In this document: positions 53,902 to 61,814 of the stretch, in pieces
Position numbering within the stretch: the first letter of the stretch is position 1
How the letters are laid out: every line of letters starts with the position of its first letter
IMG/VR virus record: IMGVR_UViG_3300012204_000008
Span: 41,458 to 105,457 of that record
From: a virus
Direction: 5' to 3' (one strand)
Length of the DNA: 64,000 bases
Notes under the pieces: generated by a model
Database searches by the model: none
Seen by the model: only the letters and a program-made list of their open reading frames with translations
What the model was told of the DNA's origin: nothing
Position numbers and translations under genes: made by a program

Positions 53902-54482
53902 AAGATACTGTAACAGTTGTAATACCTACCATCCCTCCAAGGACTAGACTTTTAGGTAGGGCCTTACTATCAGTTCTCAAACAGACTCATCCCTCTGATG
54001 CAATTTCTATCTCTATTGATAATGAACGGATTGGAGCTGCTGCGAATCGTAACAAAGCTTTAATGACAGTCAAAACAAAATGGACTTGTTTTTTAGACGA
54101 TGATGATGAACTTTATAATTTTCATATAGAGAACTTATTGCATGCAGTTATTGATGGTAATTTCGATTTATGTTACCCTTGGTTCGACATCAATGGGCCG
54201 GAGTCTGGGATTCGGGATCCTTGGGGCGCAGAAGGGAAACTTTTTGATCCTATTCGTATTCGCACTGAAACTTATATCCCAATTACAGTACTAGTACGGA
54301 CCTCCTTGATCCAAGACGTCGGCGGTTTTGTGCCTCTGGGGCCTCCCTCTAATCCCTGCGAAGATCGAGGAGGCTGGATACGGCTACTAGATGCAGGGGC
54401 TAAGTTCGTGCACTTACCTCTGCGTACCTGGAATTGGAATTGGTGGGAAGGCAATACTTCAGGGCGCGCCGACGTGTGGTAA
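53898..54482 (+). CDS. Glycosyltransferase family 2, paralog of 52755-53414
   Basis: VTVVIPTIP, LDDDD, CED, IRLLDAGAKFVH. Confidence 0.85.
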   Translation: MKDTVTVVIPTIPPRTRLLGRALLSVLKQTHPSDAISISIDNERIGAAANRNKALMTVKTKWTCFLDDDDELYNFHIENLLHAVIDGNFDLCYPWFDINGPESGIRDPWGAEGKLFDPIRIRTETYIPITVLVRTSLIQDVGGFVPLGPPSNPCEDRGGWIRLLDAGAKFVHLPLRTWNWNWWEGNTSGRADVW

Positions 54483-54513
54483 GGTTCTTTTACTTTGTCT
54501 CTTGGAGGTTGAT

Positions 54514-54726
54514 ATGCTCTACGCACCTTATACGGTAGCCGTACAACTAGCTGAAAGAATCTCTGCACTAGAGGGGGGAATTCGTGAGCTGGGGGTCTCT
54601 CTTGACGAGATTGAGAAGCGAATAGAAAAGATGGCAGAATGGGCAGAAAAATTAGAGAAAGAAAGGGCTCAGGGTCTGTTAAATGTCTCCCCTTCTTATT
54701 CCACCGTTTCTAAGAAATCTACTTGA
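54514..54726 (+). CDS. Hypothetical coiled-coil protein
   Basis: GGAGG RBS. Confidence 0.5.
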   Translation: MLYAPYTVAVQLAERISALEGGIRELGVSLDEIEKRIEKMAEWAEKLEKERAQGLLNVSPSYSTVSKKST

Positions 54727-54937
54727 GTCCTCTCTTCACTCGACTCGTTTAATTTGCCGTCCATGCGAAGCGATGTGGTTTGTTTTGCCTAAGGAGGCAG
54801 AGGCCTCCTCTCTTTGCTGCCAATTTTGTGGAAGGTGGGGAGAATTCGCTACTACCTCCGATTGGCTAGAGTACAGCGTTTCTTGCTCCTCTGTTTATGA
54901 TCCGACTTACGCCTCGTGGGAGGAGCCAGTTGTCTAG
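54683..54937 (+). CDS. Hypothetical zinc-ribbon protein
   Basis: CRPC...W...CQFCG. Confidence 0.45.
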   Translation: MSPLLIPPFLRNLLESSLHSTRLICRPCEAMWFVLPKEAEASSLCCQFCGRWGEFATTSDWLEYSVSCSSVYDPTYASWEEPVV

Positions 54938-56072
54938 TGGTCTTTCCGTTATGGTCTTCCCTGCGGACTCCTCAGGCTGTGGTTCGCATCGCCTGATCTG
55001 GCCGTCGGAAGTCCTGATTGCTGATGGAGAGAGTATTACTATTGTCAATACAGCAGAACGGCAAATGAGGATCTCTTTTGATAGATCTGGGTCTGTTGTA
55101 AAAACTGATGTACCTGAGTGGATAGACGTTGTGGTTTTGCAGCGTGTTACCCATCAGAATCTTATCGCAGTAATAGAGTTTCTTCGAGAGCGCGGGATCG
55201 CAGTTGTAGTTGACATCGATGACGACCTAAAAGCCATACACCCATCAAACCCCGCATGGATCTCATTGCATCCCCGCAACATGAAAGCAAATGAGAACCG
55301 AGAATTTCGTGGGGATCCCTACCACCATTCATGGCAGAATCTAGACCTAGCGTGTCGCGCAGCTACTATGGTGACCGTCAGTGCCTCGGCTCTTTTGCCC
55401 TTGTACTCTTACGGTGTCGGCCGCGTTCTGAATAATTACCTAGCAGATCATTATTATACTGTCTCGTCTTCTCTAGAGGAGAACGTTATCGGTTGGCCTG
55501 CTACCTTAGTCTCACATCCTGATGATCCTGGTGCTTGTGGAAACGCTATCGGGCGTTTAGTGGGAGAACTCGGGGCCTCTTTCGTTTGTTCTTGTTCCGC
55601 TAATGGAGTGGGAAAGGCTTTCGGACTAGGAGACTACGTCGTTTCGGGCAAGGAGACCGAGACTTCAATCTTCGATTGGCCTCGAGAGATTTCTCGCTTG
55701 GGGATCGGGATCGTACCTCTTAGTGACACTCGATTTAACCGTTCGAAATCTTGGTTAAAGGGCCTTGAGCTCTCGGCGGTCGGCGTACCATGGGTCGGAT
55801 CTCCTAGGGCCGAGTATCTTAAACTTCACTCTCTTGGTGCTGGGGTTCTTTGCTCCCGGCCACGGGATTGGTATAGAGAGCTTAAGACTCTCGTTAATAG
55901 TTGTGCGGCTCGCGAGGAGCTTCGGGGTCGGGGTCAAGAGGTTTCTTCTCAGCTTCGCCTCCGGGATAATGCGTGGCGATGGCTTGAGGTCTGGACGGAA
56001 GCCGCCGCTATAGAGAAGAAACTCGGTAAACGGCAACGGCGAGACCGGCTAGGATGGTTAGCGGGAAGATAA
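54930..56072 (+). CDS. GT-B fold glycosyltransferase
   Basis: GGAGGAG RBS + TTG; GCG.HR..WP, DVVVLQR, DIDDDL, IGIVPL...FN.SKS.LK.LE. Confidence 0.75.
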   Translation: MSSGLSVMVFPADSSGCGSHRLIWPSEVLIADGESITIVNTAERQMRISFDRSGSVVKTDVPEWIDVVVLQRVTHQNLIAVIEFLRERGIAVVVDIDDDLKAIHPSNPAWISLHPRNMKANENREFRGDPYHHSWQNLDLACRAATMVTVSASALLPLYSYGVGRVLNNYLADHYYTVSSSLEENVIGWPATLVSHPDDPGACGNAIGRLVGELGASFVCSCSANGVGKAFGLGDYVVSGKETETSIFDWPREISRLGIGIVPLSDTRFNRSKSWLKGLELSAVGVPWVGSPRAEYLKLHSLGAGVLCSRPRDWYRELKTLVNSCAAREELRGRGQEVSSQLRLRDNAWRWLEVWTEAAAIEKKLGKRQRRDRLGWLAGR

Positions 56073-56475
56073 GTCGCTTTTCAACTTTTGAGTTAGTATT
56101 GAAACTGGCTATCCGGAACCTTTTCTTTATCGGCCAGAAAATGGGGATTCCGCGCTCTGTCATTAAGTCTCCTAGAAGATGGGTTGCTGCGCCTAAAGTG
56201 ACGGCAATGGGGAGAGGCGTGAAAAGGTCAGCGAGATAGTAAAAGATCAAGAGGCCAATGAGACTATGGGTTAATCCCCGGTGGCCTCCACATAGTTTAG
56301 AGATGACTTTTGCTAGCGGGCCTAACGCTCTACCTAGTCGGGAATTGGGATGATCGATATCTGGGAGTTGTGCGGCCAGTGTCGTAGTTACTGTCCAAAT
56401 GACTGCCCCGGCTGAAAGCGGCGCGGTAGCAACTCCAGTGACTACTCCCATCGACATGTGGGTCCTTGCCATCAA
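56008..56475 (-). CDS. YdjM-like membrane metal-dependent hydrolase
   Basis: TH, LPDIDHP.S, HRGLTHS, HLLGD..T..G.P..WP. Confidence 0.85.
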   Translation of the reverse strand: MMARTHMSMGVVTGVATAPLSAGAVIWTVTTTLAAQLPDIDHPNSRLGRALGPLAKVISKLCGGHRGLTHSLIGLLIFYYLADLFTPLPIAVTLGAATHLLGDLMTERGIPIFWPIKKRFRIASFNTNSKVEKRLIFPLTILAGLAVAVYRVSSL

Positions 56476-56550
56476 TTTATTTCACTCTCCATCTCTTTTT
56501 CGTTTAGTTAATAAAGTATACCATCCTTCTGGTTTCTTTATACTTATCAT

Positions 56551-58257
56551 ATGGATCCTTTCTTTTTGGTTACTCTTCTTATTACTTCCGGAATCCTTCT
56601 CTCTCTCATTCGAGGGGCTCCTCTCTTCAACTCCGTGGGGTGGGAGGTGGGAATGGGGAGAATAGTAGGGGGTAGCGAGCCGGGGATACGAGGGTTTCTG
56701 CGTTTTCTCGTTCTCTCTCTTGTTTTCTCTTTCCGTCGGGCTCTCTCTCCTTCGCGGCGGTTGCGGCTTACCCGCGCTAGGTTTCTCGCCTCGCATGATC
56801 TTAGGGTTTGGGAACGTCGGGTCTCTGGACATAAGGTACTGGCGGGATCTAGACTCAGAATTCGTAGTCGCGGCATCGGGCCAACTGGATGGATGGGGTC
56901 AGTAACTCTTAAGTCTTCCTCCTCTTCTTCTCGTTCGTCCTTCTCCGGAGCGGCCGCGCGACCCCATATGATACAAACTCTTTCCGAGGATCTAGACGCC
57001 TTGTTCCTTTGTCGCCGCGGCACGTTTAGAGTGTCCTGTGGCTTCCGAGGGGATCAGTACTACGTCCGCCGCGTTATATCGGATCCACTAGTGAATCCTC
57101 CTCCTTGGGCTGGACCTGCGGGGAGCGGGATCCTACGACGAGCTCCTCTCGGGATCACCGTAGACGGTGAGAAGTTTACGATTCCCTTAAACGTCAACAT
57201 GCTCATCTCTGGATATACTGGAACCGGTAAATCTAATATCCTCCAGATTCTTGTTGGGGAACTAGTAGCGTCTCGGGATGTGGATCCCTGGCTAATTGAC
57301 CTTAAAGGAGGGATAGAACTTAAGGGATGGAGTCAAAGCGTATCTCAGTTCGTGTCGACGGTCTCTGGGGCCTCTGATCTAATGAAGGGACTTCTCCTGG
57401 AGATTGAGCATCGGCGGGCTGGTATGCGAGGTCGTATCTGGATCCCGTCTGCTACGTCTCCTGATATCGTACTCGTGATCGATGAAGTAGCAGAGATTCG
57501 AGCGAAAAGCGATGTCGCTCTTCTCCGTACCATCGTCTGCACCGGCCGTGCGACTGGCGTTCACGTGATCCTTGCCACCCAATATCCCATTGTAGATGTC
57601 GTGGATAACATCGTCCGCGCTAACCTAGAAAATCTTATCTCTACTCGGGTCCAGCGACCAGAGCATTCAGAGGTCGCATTCGGCCGGGGAGCGGTTTCCT
57701 CGGGCTGGGACACTTCTTCTTTTGAACACAGGCCAGGTCTATTTTATGCAAAGGTTCCTGGGAGCAACGCTCCTATTCGCTGTCGTTCTTTCTACGTCTC
57801 AGATTCGGACATTGACTATTGGAGTGCAAAATGGATCCGCGAAAGCCACGAGACCGAGACGAATGGGTCGCCTTCATCTTCCACGTCTTCCTCTGGTTTC
57901 TTTTCATCACCCTCCTCTACTGGACCCTCTCAAGAATCCTCTGACTCCTCTTCTCGGGTTTCTAAGCTCTTCGCTCAGGCTCGCGGGACCTCATTTTCTG
58001 GAGAGGCTTCCTCATTTCGTAGGCGGGCTCTTCAGATTACTGCTTCACGAGAAGAACTCCTTACAGATTCGGTTCTCGTTTCTCTTATTTCTTCTTATTC
58101 TTCGGGGGTCGGGACCTCAGAACTTCTCTCGATTATCGTTCCTTCTTACTCCTCTCTCTCTTCTCGCTCACTACAGCGTAGACTCTCATCTCTCGCTCGG
58201 TCAGATAGGATTCTTAAGACCGGTTCCGGCGTAACCGCACGGTGGGCGGCCCAGTAA
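56551..58257 (+). CDS. FtsK/SpoIIIE-family (TraB-like) DNA translocase; alternative start at 56653
   Basis: Walker A GYTGTGKS, IDLKGG.EL..W, Walker B LVIDE, GRA.GVH.ILATQ.P; Ser-rich linker; HTH-like C-terminus. Confidence 0.8.
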   Translation: MDPFFLVTLLITSGILLSLIRGAPLFNSVGWEVGMGRIVGGSEPGIRGFLRFLVLSLVFSFRRALSPSRRLRLTRARFLASHDLRVWERRVSGHKVLAGSRLRIRSRGIGPTGWMGSVTLKSSSSSSRSSFSGAAARPHMIQTLSEDLDALFLCRRGTFRVSCGFRGDQYYVRRVISDPLVNPPPWAGPAGSGILRRAPLGITVDGEKFTIPLNVNMLISGYTGTGKSNILQILVGELVASRDVDPWLIDLKGGIELKGWSQSVSQFVSTVSGASDLMKGLLLEIEHRRAGMRGRIWIPSATSPDIVLVIDEVAEIRAKSDVALLRTIVCTGRATGVHVILATQYPIVDVVDNIVRANLENLISTRVQRPEHSEVAFGRGAVSSGWDTSSFEHRPGLFYAKVPGSNAPIRCRSFYVSDSDIDYWSAKWIRESHETETNGSPSSSTSSSGFFSSPSSTGPSQESSDSSSRVSKLFAQARGTSFSGEASSFRRRALQITASREELLTDSVLVSLISSYSSGVGTSELLSIIVPSYSSLSSRSLQRRLSSLARSDRILKTGSGVTARWAAQ

Positions 58258-58262
58258 CTGAC

Positions 58263-58319
58263 TGGCGCGCACCCTAGTTAGTTTGTGGCGCGCACCTGGC
58301 GTACGCCATGGCGCTCACC
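58263..58319 (+). repeat. Three 11-bp direct repeats TGGCGC(G/T)CACC at exact 23-bp spacing
   Basis: Copies start at 58263, 58286, 58309; palindrome TGGCGTACGCCA at 58297-58308. Confidence 0.8.
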
Positions 58320-58902
58320 GACCCTACCTGGGCGCCTACTGGTATGGCATTCTGCGGCCAGCAGATCGGCAAACCCATGATCATTCCTGGGGATCACCAG
58401 AGTGGAAATAATTTTGCGGGCATAGGATCAATTCGCAATGGCCAGGCCCAAATCCGTATTTTGAGAAAATAATTTACAGTACCGAGACTATCCCCAGGCC
58501 AGCCCAGGCAAAAACGGGGCAAAACAAACGGTAACCTGGCACAGTGGGGCATACTAGCCCACAACCCTAAGCCTAACGTTTACGGTTAGCCATGCTAGGT
58601 AACGGTATGGTAACGGTATAAGTTACTACCACGTACCCCTTGTGTACCTGCCCGCTACCTGGCAGCGTGGGCCTTGCACCACCCGGCACGGCCTAGCGGC
58701 CAGCCCGGTGCGTGCCAGGCACCACATGGTAACTGCATAGCGGCACACACAGCATGCCACCCTACGCACGCGGGCACACATGCCCGTAGCGGTGGGCCAT
58801 GCTGGCACACACAGCAATACGGCTGCGCACGTAGTGTGCGTGCGCAGCGTACGTACAGCACGTTGCATAGGGCACGTGCTGCCACACAAAGGGGTATATA
58901 CC

Positions 58903-59496
58903 ATGCACGCAGTAACAAAGTACACGCTGGCAGTGCCAGCAGGTACCACAGCCAGCACGCTGCTAGCGGCGCTGGCCAATGGCACAGGCAAGGTGTACCG
59001 GCTGCGTACCACAGCCGGTAACACGTTGCGCCACATGCCGTACCTGGCCCCGGGTACACCGGCCCACGCCACCGCTGCCGCCATTACGGCGGGCCGCGCG
59101 GCAGGCCACACCTACACCGTACTGGGCGCGCAGCACAGCCTAAGCACGGCGGCTGCCCAGCGCGCGGTTACCAACCTGTGGCTTACCAAGGCCATTGCCA
59201 GCCAGCCGCACAGTGTGCTGGCAAGCTGGCTGCAAGCCGGTGGGTTTACCCACACAAACGCCAGCGTGCCCACCGCGGCGCCCGTGTTTGTGGCGGCCAC
59301 CAACGTGGGGGTTGCCAAACCCAAGGCCACACCGCCCGTTGCCACCGCACCCGTGCCTGTGCCCAACCCGCAGCCCCCGCTATGGGTGCCCGGCACCCCG
59401 GCCCCATGGGTGCCCGGTAGCCAGCGCCAGCCGTTTGCCACCGCTAGCCCTGCCAGCAAGGCAACACAGCCCAGCAAGGCAAAGGCCACCAAGTAG
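58903..59496 (+). CDS. 197-aa basic Ala/Thr/Pro-rich protein with no Asp or Glu
   Basis: AAAGGGG RBS 8 nt before ATG; GC3-rich codons; followed by a 13-bp-stem hairpin. Confidence 0.7.
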   Translation: MHAVTKYTLAVPAGTTASTLLAALANGTGKVYRLRTTAGNTLRHMPYLAPGTPAHATAAAITAGRAAGHTYTVLGAQHSLSTAAAQRAVTNLWLTKAIASQPHSVLASWLQAGGFTHTNASVPTAAPVFVAATNVGVAKPKATPPVATAPVPVPNPQPPLWVPGTPAPWVPGSQRQPFATASPASKATQPSKAKATK

Positions 59497-59518
59497 CCAC
59501 CTGCCCCTACCCAGTAAC

Positions 59519-59554
59519 CCAGGGCACCCCGGCCACCACGGCGGGGTGCCCTGG
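59519..59554 (+). terminator. GC-rich hairpin after the Asp/Glu-free gene (no U-tract)
   Basis: CCAGGGCACCCCG / CGGGGTGCCCTGG. Confidence 0.5.
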
Positions 59555-59799
59555 CCTAACACCAAACTACGGGCTTGCGTGCGTACGCGGCATGGCCGCC
59601 CGTACTAGTGGTTTACACCGGTTACAGGCCACACAAAACCGCCGGTAGTTGCCAGGCACGCCTAGCTGGCAGCGCAACCCCAAGCAAGGCAATGGCCGGG
59701 CGCAAACACCGCCCCGGTTACAGCGCCACCGGGCAGCCCTAACCCCACAACACGGGTACAAGGGCTGCCCGGCCCCAAACCCCACAACAGGAGCACCTA

Positions 59800-59931
59800 A
59801 TGATAAAGGTTGTGTATTTCCGCAACGGCAAGGCACGAACCTTGGAATTCGCTACCGCGGCTGAAGCCAAGGCGGCAGTGGAATTCCTACGCGCCCGCGC
59901 CTATCGCGTGCTTCCCTACAAGATCGTCTAG
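59800..59931 (+). CDS. 43-aa hypothetical protein MIKVVYFRNGKARTLEFATAAEAKAAVEFLRARAYRVLPYKIV
   Basis: AGGAG RBS (the first GA after the island); followed by a terminator. Confidence 0.65.
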   Translation: MIKVVYFRNGKARTLEFATAAEAKAAVEFLRARAYRVLPYKIV

Positions 59932-59936
59932 GAAAC

Positions 59937-59964
59937 AGCCCCGCTCCGGCGGGGCTTTTTTCTT
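59937..59964 (+). terminator. Rho-independent terminator
   Basis: AGCCCCGC-TCCG-GCGGGGCT followed by a T-tract. Confidence 0.85.
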
Positions 59965-60006
59965 GCACACGTAATTGAATCCCATGAATCTATAGCCATC
60001 TGCTCT

Positions 60007-60025
60007 TTGAATTCATGGAACTCTA
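60007..60025 (+). repeat. 19-bp repeat TTGAATTCATGGAACTCTA, copy 1
   Basis: Identical to 60617-60635. Confidence 0.85.
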
Positions 60026-60069
60026 TGAATGTACGTAAAATTTGATAAATGTGGAGCCGGCCGAACCTA

Positions 60070-60109
60070 CCCTCAGGCCATTTCAAATACTAGGCTTGGC
60101 CGTAGGCCA
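60070..60109 (+). promoter_or_regulatory. Repeated promoter-like motif with TAGGCT -10 and GTA-loop hairpin, copy 1
   Basis: 22/27 identity to 60726-60752; TGGCC-GTA-GGCCA. Confidence 0.55.
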
Positions 60110-60246
60110 GCGCACCAAGTGAAATGGGGTAGGCACCATGGGTAAGCAGGTACTTATTCACCGCCCCAAGGGTCCAAGGAGCACCCCACAGCCGTTGGAC
60201 CTCACGACCCCGTCCGGTAAGCCCACCAAGAACTAAGGAGCTCCCA

Positions 60247-60402
60247 ATGAGCTACAGCTACGCAATTCTCGTGCAATCCAGGGTGAACGCCTACGGGCCG
60301 TTGGCCGTGGACATGCAGGACTGGAAGCAGCGCGCCTGGGTGCTCTGCTTGCTGGACCCGCAGCGCCGTACCCGCATTCTCTGGGACCTCGCCAGCAGCT
60401 AG
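60247..60402 (+). CDS. 51-aa hypothetical protein
   Basis: AAGGAGCTCCCAATG initiation region; read manually. Confidence 0.6.
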   Translation: MSYSYAILVQSRVNAYGPLAVDMQDWKQRAWVLCLLDPQRRTRILWDLASS

Positions 60403-60410
60403 GAGCCGCA

Positions 60411-60506
60411 ATGACCAAGCAGGAACATCTCCACCTTGCCGCCTACTGGACCGCGCTAGGGATTCACTGGCGCGCTCGCGCCCATTTCCGAGCTGCTAGT
60501 TCTTAG
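60411..60506 (+). CDS. 31-aa hypothetical protein
   Basis: AGGAG RBS overlapping the previous stop. Confidence 0.5.
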   Translation: MTKQEHLHLAAYWTALGIHWRARAHFRAASS

Positions 60507-60616
60507 AAACCCAAGCGACCAACGAAAAGAAATAGCCTCGCGCGCGTCATGCGTGTGTGCTCAGTATACGCACCTGCTCGCGCAATTTATACTGTCACCG
60601 AAAAAGACCGCCGCAA

Positions 60617-60635
60617 TTGAATTCATGGAACTCTA
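60617..60635 (+). repeat. 19-bp repeat TTGAATTCATGGAACTCTA, copy 2
   Basis: Identical to 60007-60025. Confidence 0.85.
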
Positions 60636-60725
60636 AAGCGACCGATAAAAAGAAGCCGAAAAGAATTCAAGCGACCGCGTTAAAGATCCACTTATAACTT
60701 GACCCAAATAGATTTTCAAAACCGC

Positions 60726-60767
60726 CCCTCAAGCCTTTTCCATTGCTAGGCTGCCCGTAGGGCAGCC
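60726..60767 (+). promoter_or_regulatory. Repeated promoter-like motif with extended -10 TGCTAGGCT and GTA-loop hairpin, copy 2
   Basis: GGCTGCCC-GTA-GGGCAGCC; similar to 60070-60109. Confidence 0.55.
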
Positions 60768-60816
60768 CGCCCACCGGGGGCGGGGCACAGCCCGCCAGCC
60801 AAAGGGGCCAGCGTCA

Positions 60817-61011
60817 ATGCGAAACATTACCCTTGCCGCCGTAATCAAGTTGCAGGAGCAAGCTGCGGCTGACCGGCCCAGGCCGCCCGGTTGGTGGTTG
60901 GATAAGCAGGCCGAGCTCAAGATAACCGGCGGGTACAACACCAAGAAGTCCAACCAATGCCACACCTGTTTTCAACAGCGCAGCGTAAACGGCGCCTGCG
61001 GTTGCGAATAA
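60817..61011 (+). CDS. Small protein with C-terminal zinc-finger-like motif
   Basis: AAAGGGG RBS; CHTCFQQRSVNGACGC. Confidence 0.65.
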   Translation: MRNITLAAVIKLQEQAAADRPRPPGWWLDKQAELKITGGYNTKKSNQCHTCFQQRSVNGACGCE

Positions 61012-61087
61012 GGAGCAAAAGAATCGCTTTATTCAGCCACCAGGACCTCTTCAAGTTAGAATACATCTATCCAGACGAGGAGTAGAA

Positions 61088-61420
61088 ATGCAACTCACGT
61101 ACAAGCAGAAATGGCAGCTAGGCTATGACGACGGTCTAGCTGGAAACGAACGCAAGACCAATGATGCCGTGTACCTCAGAGGATATGCGGCTGGCAAGAA
61201 AAACCGGAGGGGGATAGAAATGGAACACAACCACCCGATCAAGGACAAATTCGGCGGCACCATCATCATGGAATTTGGTTGCCCGCTCTGTGACGAGTAC
61301 GAGGCGATCAGAGTTTACAACTGGATCCAAAGTGAATTGGACTCGCCGATCCTCTACATGGAAGGTCCTCTCCAAGCCTTTGTCCAACTTGTCCACGAAA
61401 GATGCGATCAAGAGAGGTAG
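61088..61420 (+). CDS. Hypothetical protein
   Basis: GAGGAG RBS; GYDDG...YLRGYAAG motif. Confidence 0.6.
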   Translation: MQLTYKQKWQLGYDDGLAGNERKTNDAVYLRGYAAGKKNRRGIEMEHNHPIKDKFGGTIIMEFGCPLCDEYEAIRVYNWIQSELDSPILYMEGPLQAFVQLVHERCDQER

Positions 61421-61422
61421 AA

Positions 61423-61590
61423 ATGAAGGCTACAATCAACGTCTCTGAAGAGAACAGGGACAAAGCCGCAGCCGTTTTCTTACGCGCCTTTGAGGCAGGT
61501 AGGCTTGGCACCATCGGCGACTGCTCCGAGTACGGTTTCTTGTATGAGGTCTTTCAGGCACTAGACGTTAAGTGGGAAGAGGAGATCTAA
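61423..61590 (+). CDS. Hypothetical protein
   Basis: GAGG RBS. Confidence 0.55.
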   Translation: MKATINVSEENRDKAAAVFLRAFEAGRLGTIGDCSEYGFLYEVFQALDVKWEEEI

Positions 61591-61772
61591 TGAAATACGA
61601 GATCAGGAACGTACCGGAAGACCTCCCGGATGGAAAGTATCCATCACGAATCCTCAAGCCGTTTCTCTCCGAAGATGGGGAACTGATTTTGCCCGTTGAA
61701 TACGCCCCGGACAAGCGAGTTGAGGATTCCGCTATTCCCATCATCGTGAACCGAGGGCAAGTAGAAAAGTAG
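61590..61772 (+). CDS. Hypothetical protein
   Basis: GAGGAG RBS, TAATG overlap. Confidence 0.55.
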   Translation: MKYEIRNVPEDLPDGKYPSRILKPFLSEDGELILPVEYAPDKRVEDSAIPIIVNRGQVEK

Positions 61773-61814
61773 TCCCAATCTCGAGCTAGTTTCGTTCTCA
61801 AAAAGGAGCTCCCA

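Larger units (their letters stand above)
58493..59791. other. GA/TC-dinucleotide-free island
   Basis: Line-by-line reading: last TC at 58491-58492, next GA at 59791-59792, none in between. Confidence 0.93.

Noticed and set aside
56482-57023. Minus-strand Arg/Glu-rich ORFs
   Set aside because: Shadows of the TC-rich + strand of the FtsK-like gene; no motifs
58780-58902. Upstream ATG start (238-aa version) of the island ORF
   Set aside because: No RBS and it lies within hairpins; ATG 58903 has an SD-like AAAGGGG
58626-59864. Many overlapping ORFs in all frames across the island
   Set aside because: Expected artefact: without GA/TC there is no TGA stop on either strand, and GC is high
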